The notes beneath the pieces were generated by a model. That model had not been told where the DNA came from. It did not search any database and worked only from the letters and a program-made list of their open reading frames with translations. From a bacterium (GTDB lineage: Bacteria; UBA8248), in the NCBI GenBank assembly GCA_965203325.1, contig OZ241875.1, positions 320,001-384,000 on the forward strand: 64,000 nucleotides of DNA, written 5' to 3'. This document shows positions 39,458-49,595 of the stretch, in pieces. The number at the start of each line of letters is the position of its first letter. Positions within the stretch are counted from its first letter, which is position 1. The position numbers and the translations under genes were made by a program.

Positions 39458-40396
39458 TTAAGCTGGTAAGGAGCGCGCGAGACACGCCTTGAGCGCGCCG
39501 CCGCAGTAGGAGCGGGCGAAATCCTCCCCGTGCGCGGCGCTCAGACGCTCGGCAAAGTCCCCTATCCCCCAGATTCCGCGGAACTCATCGAAAAGCCGCG
39601 TGCCGTCGGGAGCGGGCCGGTTGATACCCGCAAAGTCGCTGCCGAGGGCCACCTGGTGGGCGGCGATTTCGGCCAGAAACTCGATTTCCTCCAGATGGCG
39701 CTCGAACGTCTCGTAGAACCCCGGGTGCGGCGCCAAGCCGATGAGCGCGCCTGTCTCGAAAAGCCTCCTGGCCATATCGCGCGGAAGCCCCCGCTCGCCG
39801 AAGACGGGCAGCAGCGGCTCGTCCAGATGCCCGTGGGAGTAGTGCATTTCCTGCCCCGTGACGAGGGCCAGATCGATCATGTCCGATTTCGTGCGGTGGT
39901 TCGCGTGCGCGCAATCCACCATGAAACCCGTCCGCCAGGCCTGCATCAAGAAAGCGCGGCCCAGGTCGGTCAGGCCGCGCACGGGGTCTCCCATCGCCCC
40001 GCCGCCAAGAGGGTTGTCGTCGTTGTACATGGGGCCGACGCTGCGCACGCCCTCCTCCCAAAGCCATTCGAGGAGCTTCAGGTCGTCTTCGGTTTCGATG
40101 AAATAGATGCCTTCCGCGTGGATCAACTGCCTGCCCACACCGTCTAAATCCGCTCGCGTGAGAACGATGCTCAGGCCCTCCGCCGAACGGATCCGCTCCA
40201 GGTCGCGCCTTACCAGATCGAATTGCGCGTCCTGCGGCGCGCCTTCCAGACGCTCCAGAGCCGAGAACACCCCGCCCAGCTTCGCTGCTGTCACGATGTC
40301 TATCTGCTCCGCCAGATAGGCGCGCTCATCGGGCAGATCGACCATCCAGCGCAGGTCGGTGTGAAAATCCCAAACATCCTTGAACTCTATCGGCAT
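39458..40396 (-). CDS. membrane dipeptidase (M19)-like amidohydrolase
   Basis: 'DFHTD', 'HAEG', 'GLTDLGR', 'VDCAHA', 'YSH', 'VALGSDFAG'. Confidence 0.75.
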   Translation of the reverse strand: MPIEFKDVWDFHTDLRWMVDLPDERAYLAEQIDIVTAAKLGGVFSALERLEGAPQDAQFDLVRRDLERIRSAEGLSIVLTRADLDGVGRQLIHAEGIYFIETEDDLKLLEWLWEEGVRSVGPMYNDDNPLGGGAMGDPVRGLTDLGRAFLMQAWRTGFMVDCAHANHRTKSDMIDLALVTGQEMHYSHGHLDEPLLPVFGERGLPRDMARRLFETGALIGLAPHPGFYETFERHLEEIEFLAEIAAHQVALGSDFAGINRPAPDGTRLFDEFRGIWGIGDFAERLSAAHGEDFARSYCGGALKACLARSLPA

Positions 40397-40535
40397 CCGT
40401 ATTTTCTCCAGATATCAGCGTCAGATAATTCTCTCGACGAAAACGCCATCATAACACGCGAAAACAGGGGTTCGCCTTTGCGCTGCGCCGCAAGCTCGCA
40501 TAGTCTGTCGGCTTTGTTTTCAGGGAGGACGTTCC

Positions 40536-41324
40536 ATGTCGACAACGAAACCTTTGGTGCTTGTCGAGCGCAACGGCCCGCTCGCCACGCTCACGCTCAA
40601 CCGCCCCGAGAAGCGAAACGCCATGAACACGCAGATGACCCGCGAGGCGAAATCGGCGATTGCGGGGCTTTCGGGGGCGGATGATCTGCGCGTTCTGATC
40701 ATCGAGGGCGCGGGCAGCGTCTTCTCCGCCGGGGCCGACGTGGTCGAGATGAGCGCGCTCACCGAAGACAACGCGCGCGACTTCATCTCGAATCTCCACT
40801 CCCTCATCCGCAGCGTGCGCGAGTTCCCGCATCCTGTGGTCTGCAAGTGCCGGGGCTACGTTCTGGGTGGCGCTCTGGAGTTGATGCTCGGCTGCGACCT
40901 CCGCGTCGCGGCGGACGATACGAAGTTCGGCATGCCCGAGGTGCGGGTCGGGGTGCCCTCCGTCATCGAGGCCGCGCTGTTCGTGCCATTCTGCGGCCTG
41001 GGCACAGCACAGGACTTGCTCCTGACGGGCAGAACATTCGACGCCCGGGAGGCCCATCGAATGGGAATCGTTCAGCGGATATGCCCGCAATCCGAACTGG
41101 AAGAAACAACGCACGAAGCCGTCGCGGATCTTCTCCAGGCCGCTCCCGGCGCGCTCAGCGCCCAGAAGACGCTTTTGAAGCGATGGATGCAGGCCTATCT
41201 GGAAGCCGCGGTTCCTCCTTCCATCGACGCCTTCGAGGCCTCTTTCCAGAGCGGAGAGCCGCAGGAAGGCATGGCCGCCGCTCACGAGAAGCGTCCCCCC
41301 TACTGGGCGCCCGGAGAGAAATGA
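40536..41324 (+). CDS. enoyl-CoA hydratase/isomerase family protein
   Basis: 'LTLNRPEKRNA', 'FSAGAD', 'LGGALEL', 'FGMPEVRVG'. Confidence 0.92.
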   Translation: MSTTKPLVLVERNGPLATLTLNRPEKRNAMNTQMTREAKSAIAGLSGADDLRVLIIEGAGSVFSAGADVVEMSALTEDNARDFISNLHSLIRSVREFPHPVVCKCRGYVLGGALELMLGCDLRVAADDTKFGMPEVRVGVPSVIEAALFVPFCGLGTAQDLLLTGRTFDAREAHRMGIVQRICPQSELEETTHEAVADLLQAAPGALSAQKTLLKRWMQAYLEAAVPPSIDAFEASFQSGEPQEGMAAAHEKRPPYWAPGEK

Positions 41325-41409
41325 AACAGCGCATCCCTTTGCGGTGGCGTTCGCCGTTTCTGTGTGGCATCTTCACTCATCCCGCTGCAAAGATGAAAAA
41401 GGAACAAAA

Positions 41410-41739
41410 GTGACGGAAGACGAGATATTGATCGAACGCATCCGCCCGATTCTCAGGCGCCGCAAGGGGTTTTCAGAAAAACGGATGTTTAGCGGCGTGT
41501 GCTTCATGATCAACGGCAATATGTGCGCCGGAACCTGGAAGGGCGCGCTCATCGTGCGTCTCGCCAGGGAAAACCACGAGGCGACGCTTGCCGAACCGCA
41601 TACCAAGCCGGCCGATATGGCGGGCCGGGTGATGAAGGGTTGGGCGCTGGTCGAACCGGCGGGGATTTCGACCGAAGACGATCTGAAAGCGTGGGTGCGG
41701 CGGGCGGCGAAGTTCGCAGGCTCGCTCCCGCCCAAGTGA
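41410..41739 (+). CDS. TfoX/Sxy N-terminal domain protein
   Basis: 'EKRMFSGVCFMINGNMCAG', 'MAGRVMKGWALV'. Confidence 0.85.
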   Translation: MTEDEILIERIRPILRRRKGFSEKRMFSGVCFMINGNMCAGTWKGALIVRLARENHEATLAEPHTKPADMAGRVMKGWALVEPAGISTEDDLKAWVRRAAKFAGSLPPK

Positions 41740-41808
41740 GGTCATCGCAAAACGCCTTCTGCGCAACCGCTTTATGGCGCGTGGATTTACTCACTCGAAG
41801 GATGAACG

Positions 41809-42804
41809 ATGAAAGCAATTACCGTTCAGGGAGACGCCGGAATCGAGGGACTGGTCTACGGCGAGGTTCCCACGCCGGAGCCGGGAGAAGGCGAAGTGCG
41901 GGTGAAACTCCTGGCCTCAGGGATCAACCACATCGACGTCTACCAGTGTACCCCCGCCATGGTGCAGCACGAAAAACCCCACACCATGGGGGCGGACGGC
42001 GCGGGCGTCGTGGATAAGGCGGGGCCGGGCGCGGCCTTGAAGCCGGGTGCTGAGGTGGTCGTCGACCCCAACCTGGGCGACCCCACCCAGCCGGATTACG
42101 GCCTCGTGGGCGCGCAAAGTGCGGGCACGCACGCGGAATTCATCGTCCTGCCGGAGCAGAATTTCTTTCCGAAACCGGAGAATCTGACGTTCGAAGAAGC
42201 GGCGGCGATTCCCTTAGCCCTTTGCACGGCCTACCGCCAGCTCATCAGCCGCGCGCGGCTTGCGGCGGGCGAGAGCGTCCTCATCCACGGGGTGGGCGGC
42301 GGCGTCATGCTCTATTGCCTGCAACTTGCAGTCCATGTGGACGCTTGCACCATCGTCACCTCATCGAGTGAAGAAAAACTCGAAACCGCAAAATCCCTGG
42401 GCGCCGACGTGTGCGTCAACTACAAGACGCAGGACGTGGCCAAAGCCGTGATGGAAGCCACCAATGGCCGGGGAGCCGACGTTGTGGTCGACAACGTGGG
42501 CGCGCCCACCTTCGCGCTGAGCGCGAAATGCGTCGCGCTGAACGGACGCATCACCATCGTGGGCGGAGCGGCGCACCACGTGATCCCCGAGGTGAACCTG
42601 CGCGACTTGTATTTCAAGCAGGTCGACATCCACACCTCCACCATGGCGACGCCGGAAGAATTTCATGCGGCGATGACCCTCGCCGCCGAGGGGAAGATAA
42701 AGGCCCACATCGATTCCACTTATCCGCTTTCGCGCTTCAGAGAGGCCATCGAACGCGTGGCGGAGGGCCGGCAATTCGGAAAAGTGGTGATAACGAGAGA
42801 ATAG
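41809..42804 (+). CDS. MDR family (quinone oxidoreductase-like) dehydrogenase
   Basis: 'GINHID', 'GADGAGVV', 'VLIHGVGGGV', 'GRGADVVVDNVG', 'FGKVVI'. Confidence 0.88.
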   Translation: MKAITVQGDAGIEGLVYGEVPTPEPGEGEVRVKLLASGINHIDVYQCTPAMVQHEKPHTMGADGAGVVDKAGPGAALKPGAEVVVDPNLGDPTQPDYGLVGAQSAGTHAEFIVLPEQNFFPKPENLTFEEAAAIPLALCTAYRQLISRARLAAGESVLIHGVGGGVMLYCLQLAVHVDACTIVTSSSEEKLETAKSLGADVCVNYKTQDVAKAVMEATNGRGADVVVDNVGAPTFALSAKCVALNGRITIVGGAAHHVIPEVNLRDLYFKQVDIHTSTMATPEEFHAAMTLAAEGKIKAHIDSTYPLSRFREAIERVAEGRQFGKVVITRE

Positions 42805-42872
42805 GAACGAGGCGACAGCGCGCGCCCTCCATAACCGCGCGAATAATTCATCTTTGGAGAAAGTATTAAAAA

Positions 42873-44021
42873 ATGAAAAGACGTCTCGCCAAAACCGTCG
42901 CCGCGACCGCAGGTGGAGAGCGCGCCAATCACATGACGGCCAAGAAACCGGCGGGCCTGGTGCCGCTCGATTCGGGAACGCCCAACTTCCCCACGCCGGA
43001 GCACATCACGAACGCCGCAAAGGAAGCGCTTGACCAGGGCTTGACGGGCTACGCTCCCGGACAGGGTGATCCTGAATTTCTGGAAGCCGTGTGCGAGCAC
43101 GTCGAGCGCGAGGCGGGCGCGAACTACACGCCGGGTTCGGTCATCGCGACGAACGGGGCGAGTTCGGGCATTTATGCCGTCATGACGACGTTCCTAAACC
43201 CGGGCGATGAGGCCATCCTGATGGACCCCACGTTTTCGCTCTACGCCCACGTCGCGCTGCAACTCGGAGCCGTCCCCGTCTCCGTGCCGCACGACGCGGA
43301 CTACCAAATCGACGTAGAAGCTGTGCGCCGCGCCGTCACACCGCGCACCCGCCTCATCCTCGTCAACAACCCGAACAACCCCACGGGCGTGGTCTACCGC
43401 CGCGAGGACCTGGCGGCTCTCGCCGAACTCGCCACGGAGCACGACCTCATGCTCGTATCGGATGAAGCCTATGCGAAAATCCTGCAACCAGGCTTCGAGC
43501 ACGTGCCCCTGCTCTCGTTCACCGAGCACCGCGATCACCTCATTCTGCTCGACACTTTCTCCAAGACCTATTCGATGACCGGCTGGCGGCTGGGCTTTAT
43601 GGTCGTACCCGAAGACCTGCCCCAGCCGATGTTCAGCGTTCACCGCTCCATCAACGGGCCGATCAACACCTTCGTCCAGCGCGCGGGCGCAGTGGCGCTC
43701 AGAAGCTCGCAGGAGTGCGTGGAGGAGTTCGGGCGCGAATACCACAAGCGGGGCCGCCTCATGAACGAGATGACGCGCGACATTCCAGGTCTCATGCCCA
43801 TCGAGCCCCAGGGCGGTTTCTACCAATACTGCCGGTATGAATACCCCATCCCTTCGAGCGAGGTTCGAAAGCGCGTCTGGGAGGCCGGGGCGGCCATCCG
43901 CAGCGGGTCGGAATTCGGCGCTTCGGGCGAAAATCACCTGCGCTTCACCTATTCGGTAGATGAAGAAGTCATCGAAAAGGGCATGAAGATTGTGCGCGAG
44001 GTGTTTCGCCACCTAGGCTGA
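42873..44021 (+). CDS. PLP-dependent aminotransferase class I/II
   Basis: 'NNPNNPTG', 'SDEAY', 'FSKTYSMTGWRLG'. Confidence 0.92.
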   Translation: MKRRLAKTVAATAGGERANHMTAKKPAGLVPLDSGTPNFPTPEHITNAAKEALDQGLTGYAPGQGDPEFLEAVCEHVEREAGANYTPGSVIATNGASSGIYAVMTTFLNPGDEAILMDPTFSLYAHVALQLGAVPVSVPHDADYQIDVEAVRRAVTPRTRLILVNNPNNPTGVVYRREDLAALAELATEHDLMLVSDEAYAKILQPGFEHVPLLSFTEHRDHLILLDTFSKTYSMTGWRLGFMVVPEDLPQPMFSVHRSINGPINTFVQRAGAVALRSSQECVEEFGREYHKRGRLMNEMTRDIPGLMPIEPQGGFYQYCRYEYPIPSSEVRKRVWEAGAAIRSGSEFGASGENHLRFTYSVDEEVIEKGMKIVREVFRHLG

Positions 44022-44078
44022 GACTCTTGATTCGCCAATCATGAACCGCCCTTCCCCCGGCGGCTCCTCACAGCCTCA

Positions 44079-45017
44079 TCAATAGACGGGCAGGATGTCC
44101 TTCTCGTAGGTCTCATCCACGCCCCGGGCGGCGGCGTAGAAGATTTCCTGCAGCCTGCGCGTGATTTCGCCCGGCTTCCCGTCCCCCACCTCGATGCGGT
44201 CGAGCGAGAGCACGGGCGCGACCTCGGCGGCGGAGCCGCATATCATCGCCTCATCGGCCACATAGATCTCCGTGCGATCCATGGGCCGCTCGACAGGTTC
44301 GGGGCCGATGTGCCTGCCGAACATCTCGAGCACGCTATCGCGCGTGATGCTCTCGAGAATCGAAGCCGTCACCGGCGGCGTGATGAGCTTTCCTTCACGG
44401 ACGATCATGATGCACGTGCCCGTGCCCTCGGCCACCGTGCCGTTCTGGTTCAGTAGAAGCGCGTCGTCATACCCGTTGATACGCGCCTCGACGCCCGCGA
44501 GCCTGCCGTTCTGGTAATTCGCCGAAGCCTTGACGCGCGGCGGCACGGTATCGTCCGAGATGCGCCGCCAACTGCTCACGCACAGGTTCACGCCCCCCTC
44601 CTGTCGCTTGCGGTTGCTGTTCGGCCCCCCGCTGATGAAGACGCAGGTATCCACCTCGTCCGCCGCGTAGCCCTTCATGTCCAGGGGTCCCGAATCATCG
44701 AAATACACGTTGAGGCGAAAGTGGAGGTCTTCCTTGAACTCGTTCGCCCGTATCCATTCAATCACGGCGTCCTTGAATTCTTCCGCCGTATAGGGCGGCG
44801 TCATCCGCATCACCCGCATCGAATCGAACAGCCGCCGGATGTGCGGGTCCATTTTCCAGAGGAACAGGTTGTTTCGCTCCTCGCTCCAATAGGCGCGAAT
44901 CCCCTCGTACACGCTCGAGCCTCTCAAGACCGCCTGGCTGAAAACGCTGATCTTGGCTTCCTCGGGCGGAACCACCTCTCCGTTGAGCCATACCTTGGCA
45001 TGATCGTAGCTGGGCAC
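44079..45017 (-). CDS. branched-chain amino acid aminotransferase-like (class IV)
   Basis: 'YEGIRAY', 'KASANY', 'EGTG', 'LESITR', 'ADEAMICGSAAEV'. Confidence 0.88.
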   Translation of the reverse strand: MPSYDHAKVWLNGEVVPPEEAKISVFSQAVLRGSSVYEGIRAYWSEERNNLFLWKMDPHIRRLFDSMRVMRMTPPYTAEEFKDAVIEWIRANEFKEDLHFRLNVYFDDSGPLDMKGYAADEVDTCVFISGGPNSNRKRQEGGVNLCVSSWRRISDDTVPPRVKASANYQNGRLAGVEARINGYDDALLLNQNGTVAEGTGTCIMIVREGKLITPPVTASILESITRDSVLEMFGRHIGPEPVERPMDRTEIYVADEAMICGSAAEVAPVLSLDRIEVGDGKPGEITRRLQEIFYAAARGVDETYEKDILPVY

Positions 45018-45186
45018 GTGAACCTCCCATGTGGAAGTAGAATTGAGCCGTCAACACCGGAAACACGGCATCATGGACAATTTGATAGCGAGTTGACAAG
45101 GGGGGTCCCCGCCTTGACGCTCGGGCGCGCTTGGGCGTAGCGTTGTCCCGGACAAATTTCAGAATCCCTCCCTTCTGGAGATTTTC

Positions 45187-46557
45187 ATGCAGCAGCCCAC
45201 GGATACCCCGAAACTGGCGGACGCCTACGCCGAATCCCTGCCCGCCTCGCGCGCGCTATACGATCGGGCGCAAGAGGTTTTCCCCGACGGGGTGACGCAC
45301 GACAACCGCAGGATGCAACCGTTTCCCATCTACGTCGAGCGCGCCGAGGGCGCATATAAGTGGGACGTGGACGGCAACCGCTACATCGACTACTGGATGG
45401 GCCACGGCGCGCTCCTGTTCGGACACAACCCGCCCCACATCCGGGATGCCGTGAGCGAGGCCGTTCTCAAAGGCTCGCACTACGGCGCGAGCCACAGGCC
45501 GGAGGTGGAATGGGGTGAGTGGGTGCAGCGTCTCGTGCCGTGCGCCGAGCGGGTGCGATTCACGGCTTCGGGCACCGAGGCGACGCACATGGCGCTTCGG
45601 CTCGCGCGCGCCTTCACGGGCAGAAAGCGCATCGTGAAATTCGCGGGCCATTTCCACGGCTGGCACGAGGGGCTTGAGATCGGCGTGCGCGCCCCCTACA
45701 CGAACGAACCCGAAGCGGGCCAACTGGAAGTAGTAACCGACCTCGTGGCCGTATGTCCGCCGGGTGATCTGGAAGCCGTCCGGGAGGCGCTCGCATCACG
45801 GGAGGTCGCCGCGCTCATCCTGGAGCCGACGGGCGGGCACTTCGGCACCATCCCGATGAAACAGGATTTCGTGGCCGCGCTCAGGGAGGAAACACAAAAA
45901 GCGGGAACCCTGCTCGTTTTCGATGAGGTGGTGACCGGCTTTCGCGTATCGCCGGGCGGCGCGCAGGCGCACTTCGGCGTAACGCCCGATCTCACCAGCC
46001 TCGCCAAGATACTCGCGGGCGGCCTGCCGGGAGGAGCCGTCGCAGGCCGGGCGGACGTGCTCGAATATCTCGCCACCAAGCCGGACCCCGAGATGAACAG
46101 GCACACCAAAATCGCCCACCACGGCACCTTCAATGCGAACCCCATCTCCGCCGCCGCTGGCGTCGCCATGCTCTCATCTTTGGCCGATGGCCGGGCGACC
46201 GAGCAGGTGAACGCGCAGGCGCAAAAGCTGAGATACGGAATGAACGAGATACTCGCGCAGGAGGCGGTGGCCTGGCGGGTGTACGGCGAATACAGCGACT
46301 GGAAGATTCTCTTCGACGCCGACGCCCCGCCGCGTGACGGGGCGGATCAGGACGTGAGCGGGATCGACTGGCGGCGCCTCGATTCCAAGAACGCGCAGAA
46401 AAGCCGCGCGCTCAGACAAGCGCTCATCTTGCACGGGGTGGATTTCAACGGCGCGCGCGCCCTCGTGGGAACCTGCCATACGGACGACGTGATCGAGGAA
46501 ACACTCGCCGCCTTCCGCGCCGGCGTCCAGACCATGAAGGAAGAAGGAGTCGCCTAG
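45187..46557 (+). CDS. class III aminotransferase (glutamate-1-semialdehyde aminomutase-like)
   Basis: 'WDVDGNRYIDY', 'SGTEAT', 'FDEVVTGFR', 'LAKILAGGLP', 'HGTFNANP'. Confidence 0.88.
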   Translation: MQQPTDTPKLADAYAESLPASRALYDRAQEVFPDGVTHDNRRMQPFPIYVERAEGAYKWDVDGNRYIDYWMGHGALLFGHNPPHIRDAVSEAVLKGSHYGASHRPEVEWGEWVQRLVPCAERVRFTASGTEATHMALRLARAFTGRKRIVKFAGHFHGWHEGLEIGVRAPYTNEPEAGQLEVVTDLVAVCPPGDLEAVREALASREVAALILEPTGGHFGTIPMKQDFVAALREETQKAGTLLVFDEVVTGFRVSPGGAQAHFGVTPDLTSLAKILAGGLPGGAVAGRADVLEYLATKPDPEMNRHTKIAHHGTFNANPISAAAGVAMLSSLADGRATEQVNAQAQKLRYGMNEILAQEAVAWRVYGEYSDWKILFDADAPPRDGADQDVSGIDWRRLDSKNAQKSRALRQALILHGVDFNGARALVGTCHTDDVIEETLAAFRAGVQTMKEEGVA

Positions 46558-46599
46558 CGTTTCCAAGCCCCCCAGAGATACCATAAAGGAGAGCCGCAC

Positions 46600-47850
46600 T
46601 TGCAAAGCGCGCTGAAAGGCCTTTTGAGCCTCGAATCCGGACGCATCGTGGACGACATGGAACACCCCTTCACCTGCCCTGAGACGGGCGGGAACCTGCA
46701 GGGCAGCTACGACGTCGAGTGGATAAAGGCGAACGTGGACCGGGACGAAATCGCCCGCAGACCCCGGGGCATCTGGCGCTGGCGGGAGCTTTTGCCCGTG
46801 CGCGATGAGAAGAACGTGGTATCGCTTGTGGAGGGCGATACCCCCCTCATCCACGCGGAGAGGCTCGGAGAAGCGCTCGGGTACGGAAATCTCTATATCC
46901 TGGATGAATCGAGAAACCCCACCGGCTCGTTCAAGGACAGGGGCGGTTCGGTCACCATCAGCAAATGCAGGGAAGTGGGCGTGGACCGCATCGTGCTGCC
47001 CTCATCGGGCAACGCGGCGGCCTGTTTCAGCGCCTATTGCGCGCGGGGCGGCATCGAGTTCATCGGCTTCGTGCGCGACGACAGCTCGGCCGTCCATTGC
47101 CTCCAGGTCGGCGCTTACGGGGCGTTCACGCTCATCATCGAGGGCGATCAGGGCACGGGCGGGCGTTTCGCCGAAGAAGTGTCCAAGGAACTCGGTTGCC
47201 TGCACGCCACCCTGCCCCGGAATCTCTACAGGATCGAGGGGAAAAAGACGGCCGCCTACGAGATCGCCGAAAAACTCGGCTGGCGCGCGCCCGACCGCGT
47301 CGTCTGCCCGACGGCGGGCGGCACGATGGCGCTCGCGATGGACCAGGGCTTCCGCGAACTGCTGGCTCTCGGCTGGATAGAGGAGATGCCGGCGATCGAC
47401 GTCGTGCAGGTAGACGGCTGCGCGCCCATCGTCAAAGCCCTTCACTCAGGCGGAAAAGTCGAACCCTGGGGTGAGGTGCGCACAAAATCCGCTGGCCTCA
47501 CGAGTCCCTCGCCCGGCGCGGGCGAGCGCGTGGCCGATGTCGTCAGGCGTTCGGAGGGCCATGGCGTGCTCGTGAACGATGCGATGAACCTGAAAGCGGA
47601 GTTTCTCATCGCCGGAAGTGAGGGGCTTTTCCTGCAACCCGCTTCGGCGGCGTCCGCCGCGAGCCTGATGGCGGGCGCCGAGCGGCCCGGAAGACCGGAA
47701 GCCGACGAGGTAATCGTCTGCATCGGCACGGGCACTGGCAAAAACGCGGCGGAGGTAGCGGGCGAGGTCCTCGGCAAGCCGGGGCGCATTCCGCCGGACA
47801 TCGACGCCTTCAAGCGGGCGCGCGCATCCTGGCGGGGGGACGGCGTCTGA
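46600..47850 (+). CDS. threonine synthase-like PLP enzyme
   Basis: 'WRWRELLP', 'EGDTPL', 'NPTGSFKDRG', 'SSGNA', 'EGKKTAAYEI'. Confidence 0.85.
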   Translation: MQSALKGLLSLESGRIVDDMEHPFTCPETGGNLQGSYDVEWIKANVDRDEIARRPRGIWRWRELLPVRDEKNVVSLVEGDTPLIHAERLGEALGYGNLYILDESRNPTGSFKDRGGSVTISKCREVGVDRIVLPSSGNAAACFSAYCARGGIEFIGFVRDDSSAVHCLQVGAYGAFTLIIEGDQGTGGRFAEEVSKELGCLHATLPRNLYRIEGKKTAAYEIAEKLGWRAPDRVVCPTAGGTMALAMDQGFRELLALGWIEEMPAIDVVQVDGCAPIVKALHSGGKVEPWGEVRTKSAGLTSPSPGAGERVADVVRRSEGHGVLVNDAMNLKAEFLIAGSEGLFLQPASAASAASLMAGAERPGRPEADEVIVCIGTGTGKNAAEVAGEVLGKPGRIPPDIDAFKRARASWRGDGV

Positions 47851-48050
47851 AGCATCTGAATGTATTCACGCAACTCCCGGGAATCCAGCACGCCACTCCC
47901 TGGCGCGCTTTCATCTCATAACAGCATTCTCCATACAGATAAAAAGCGAAAGAAAATACTCTTTTTTTCAATTTTTTATCATCTACTACTTCAGAATAAT
48001 CCATGTAACTGTCTATAGATAAACTCATTATACGGCTATCAAAAAACCTC

Positions 48051-48110
48051 TTGATTTTCGTATTATTTTCGTATACATTTTCTCCCTCACGCCAATTTAT
48101 ACAGGGAGAA
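48051..48110 (+). promoter_or_regulatory. sigma70-like promoter with repeats upstream of the radical SAM gene
   Basis: TTGATT (48051)-N17-TACATT (48074); ATTTTCGTA direct repeats at 48054 and 48065; TTCTCCCT...AGGGAGAA inverted repeat covering the RBS. Confidence 0.5.
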
Positions 48111-48115
48111 CGACC

Positions 48116-49360
48116 ATGGTGACGGAAAAAACCCTCCACAAACTGGCCATCCTCGGCGGCCAATCCTTCGACGACAGGGAGGGCCCGCCCGGCTTTCGGA
48201 AAAAGCCCAAATACCGCCGCAAGTTCCTGGCCTCGGACACACCGGCGATATTTCCCGTCCCCTTCAAGGGCGGGCGCATCATGCCGCTTCTCTCCACCAT
48301 GATGACCAACGCCTGCAGCTACGACTGCCACTATTGCCCCATGCGGGCCTCGCGCGACATGCCGCGCTACGCCTTCGGCCCCGAGGAATTGGCCGACACT
48401 TTCATGGCGTTAAAGAAAAGAAACCGCGCCGAGGGGCTTTTCCTCACCAGCGGGGTTCCGGGCAGCGGCGTCACAGGCGTGGACAAGATGATAGCGGCGG
48501 CCGAAATCCTGCGCTTCAAGCACCACTTCGGCGGCTATATTCACCTCAAAATGCTGCCGGGGGTGGAGGATTCCCAACTCGGCCGCGCCGCGCAGATAGC
48601 CACGAGGCTCTCCGTGAACCTGGAAGCCGCCACCCAGCAGGGCCTTCACGCCATGGCGCCCGAGAAAAGCCTGGTAACCGACCTGAAACCCGCCCTCGAA
48701 TACGCCGGAAAAATGGCGCGTGAGTCGTATTTCGAGAGAACGGGCCTTATCGCCGATGGCGTGACGACCCAGTTCATCGTCGGCGCAAGCGGGGAGAGCG
48801 ACATGGACGTCCTCGCTGCCTCACACTCCCTCCAGAAGAAGGGTCTTTTGCGCCACACCCATTTCAGCGCCTTCAAGCCCGTGGAGGATACGCCGATGGA
48901 CGGGGTGCCCTCTGTCTCCAAGACGCGCGAGCACAGGCTCTATCAGGCGGAGCACCTCCTGCGCGAATATGAGTTCGGGCTGGATGAGATTCCCGCCGCA
49001 GACGGCAACCTCGCGCTCGACGAGGACCCCAAAACGACGTGGGCCAGGCGGAACCTCTCGCAGTTCCCGGTGGAGATCATGACCGCGGACCCCCGTACCC
49101 TCATGCGCGTGCCGGGTATCGGCCCCACCTGGGCGAAGCGCCTGGTGGAAGTGCGCAGAAAGGCGCACATCCGCGATTTCAGGGATTTGACGCGCCTCGG
49201 CCGCATCCGGAAATCGGCGGCGGGCTGGCTCGCGCTGCGCGGAAAACGCCTGGGGCCCGAACCCGTCCTCGCCACACAGATGAGCCTCGACCTCCGGCAC
49301 AGGGGCAAACGGCGCGTTCATCCCTCGATGAGCAACTTGCCGCCGTGCTCTTTTCGCTGA
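48116..49360 (+). CDS. putative DNA modification/repair radical SAM protein with C-terminal HhH
   Basis: CxxxCxxC 'CSYDCHYC', 'GLFLTSG', 'GYIHLK', 'SVNLE', 'TQFIVG', 'REHRLYQA', HhH 'LMRVPGIG'. Confidence 0.88.
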   Translation: MVTEKTLHKLAILGGQSFDDREGPPGFRKKPKYRRKFLASDTPAIFPVPFKGGRIMPLLSTMMTNACSYDCHYCPMRASRDMPRYAFGPEELADTFMALKKRNRAEGLFLTSGVPGSGVTGVDKMIAAAEILRFKHHFGGYIHLKMLPGVEDSQLGRAAQIATRLSVNLEAATQQGLHAMAPEKSLVTDLKPALEYAGKMARESYFERTGLIADGVTTQFIVGASGESDMDVLAASHSLQKKGLLRHTHFSAFKPVEDTPMDGVPSVSKTREHRLYQAEHLLREYEFGLDEIPAADGNLALDEDPKTTWARRNLSQFPVEIMTADPRTLMRVPGIGPTWAKRLVEVRRKAHIRDFRDLTRLGRIRKSAAGWLALRGKRLGPEPVLATQMSLDLRHRGKRRVHPSMSNLPPCSFR

Positions 49361-49482
49361 TGAGGCTGCCGAAACAAGCGTATGGGTTATGCGCCCCCGC
49401 TTGACGGGGAAAAGCGATGGGACTACCCTTCCCGTCTCTCGCCATCGCACCTGTTGGCGCGATACGAGCGACGCCGCTTCAT

Positions 49483-49557
49483 GGCCCCTTCGTCTAGCGG
49501 TCAGGACACCGGCCTCTCACGCCGGTAACAGGGGTTCGAGTCCCCTAGGGGTCACCA
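49483..49557 (+). tRNA. tRNA-Glu (anticodon CTC)
   Basis: GGCCCCT...AGGGGTC-A-CCA; CCGGC-CT-CTC-AC-GCCGG; GGTTCGAGTCC. Confidence 0.95.
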
Positions 49558-49595
49558 GTCGGACGAAACCCGCCAGAATGCAGGTCAACTGTCGC

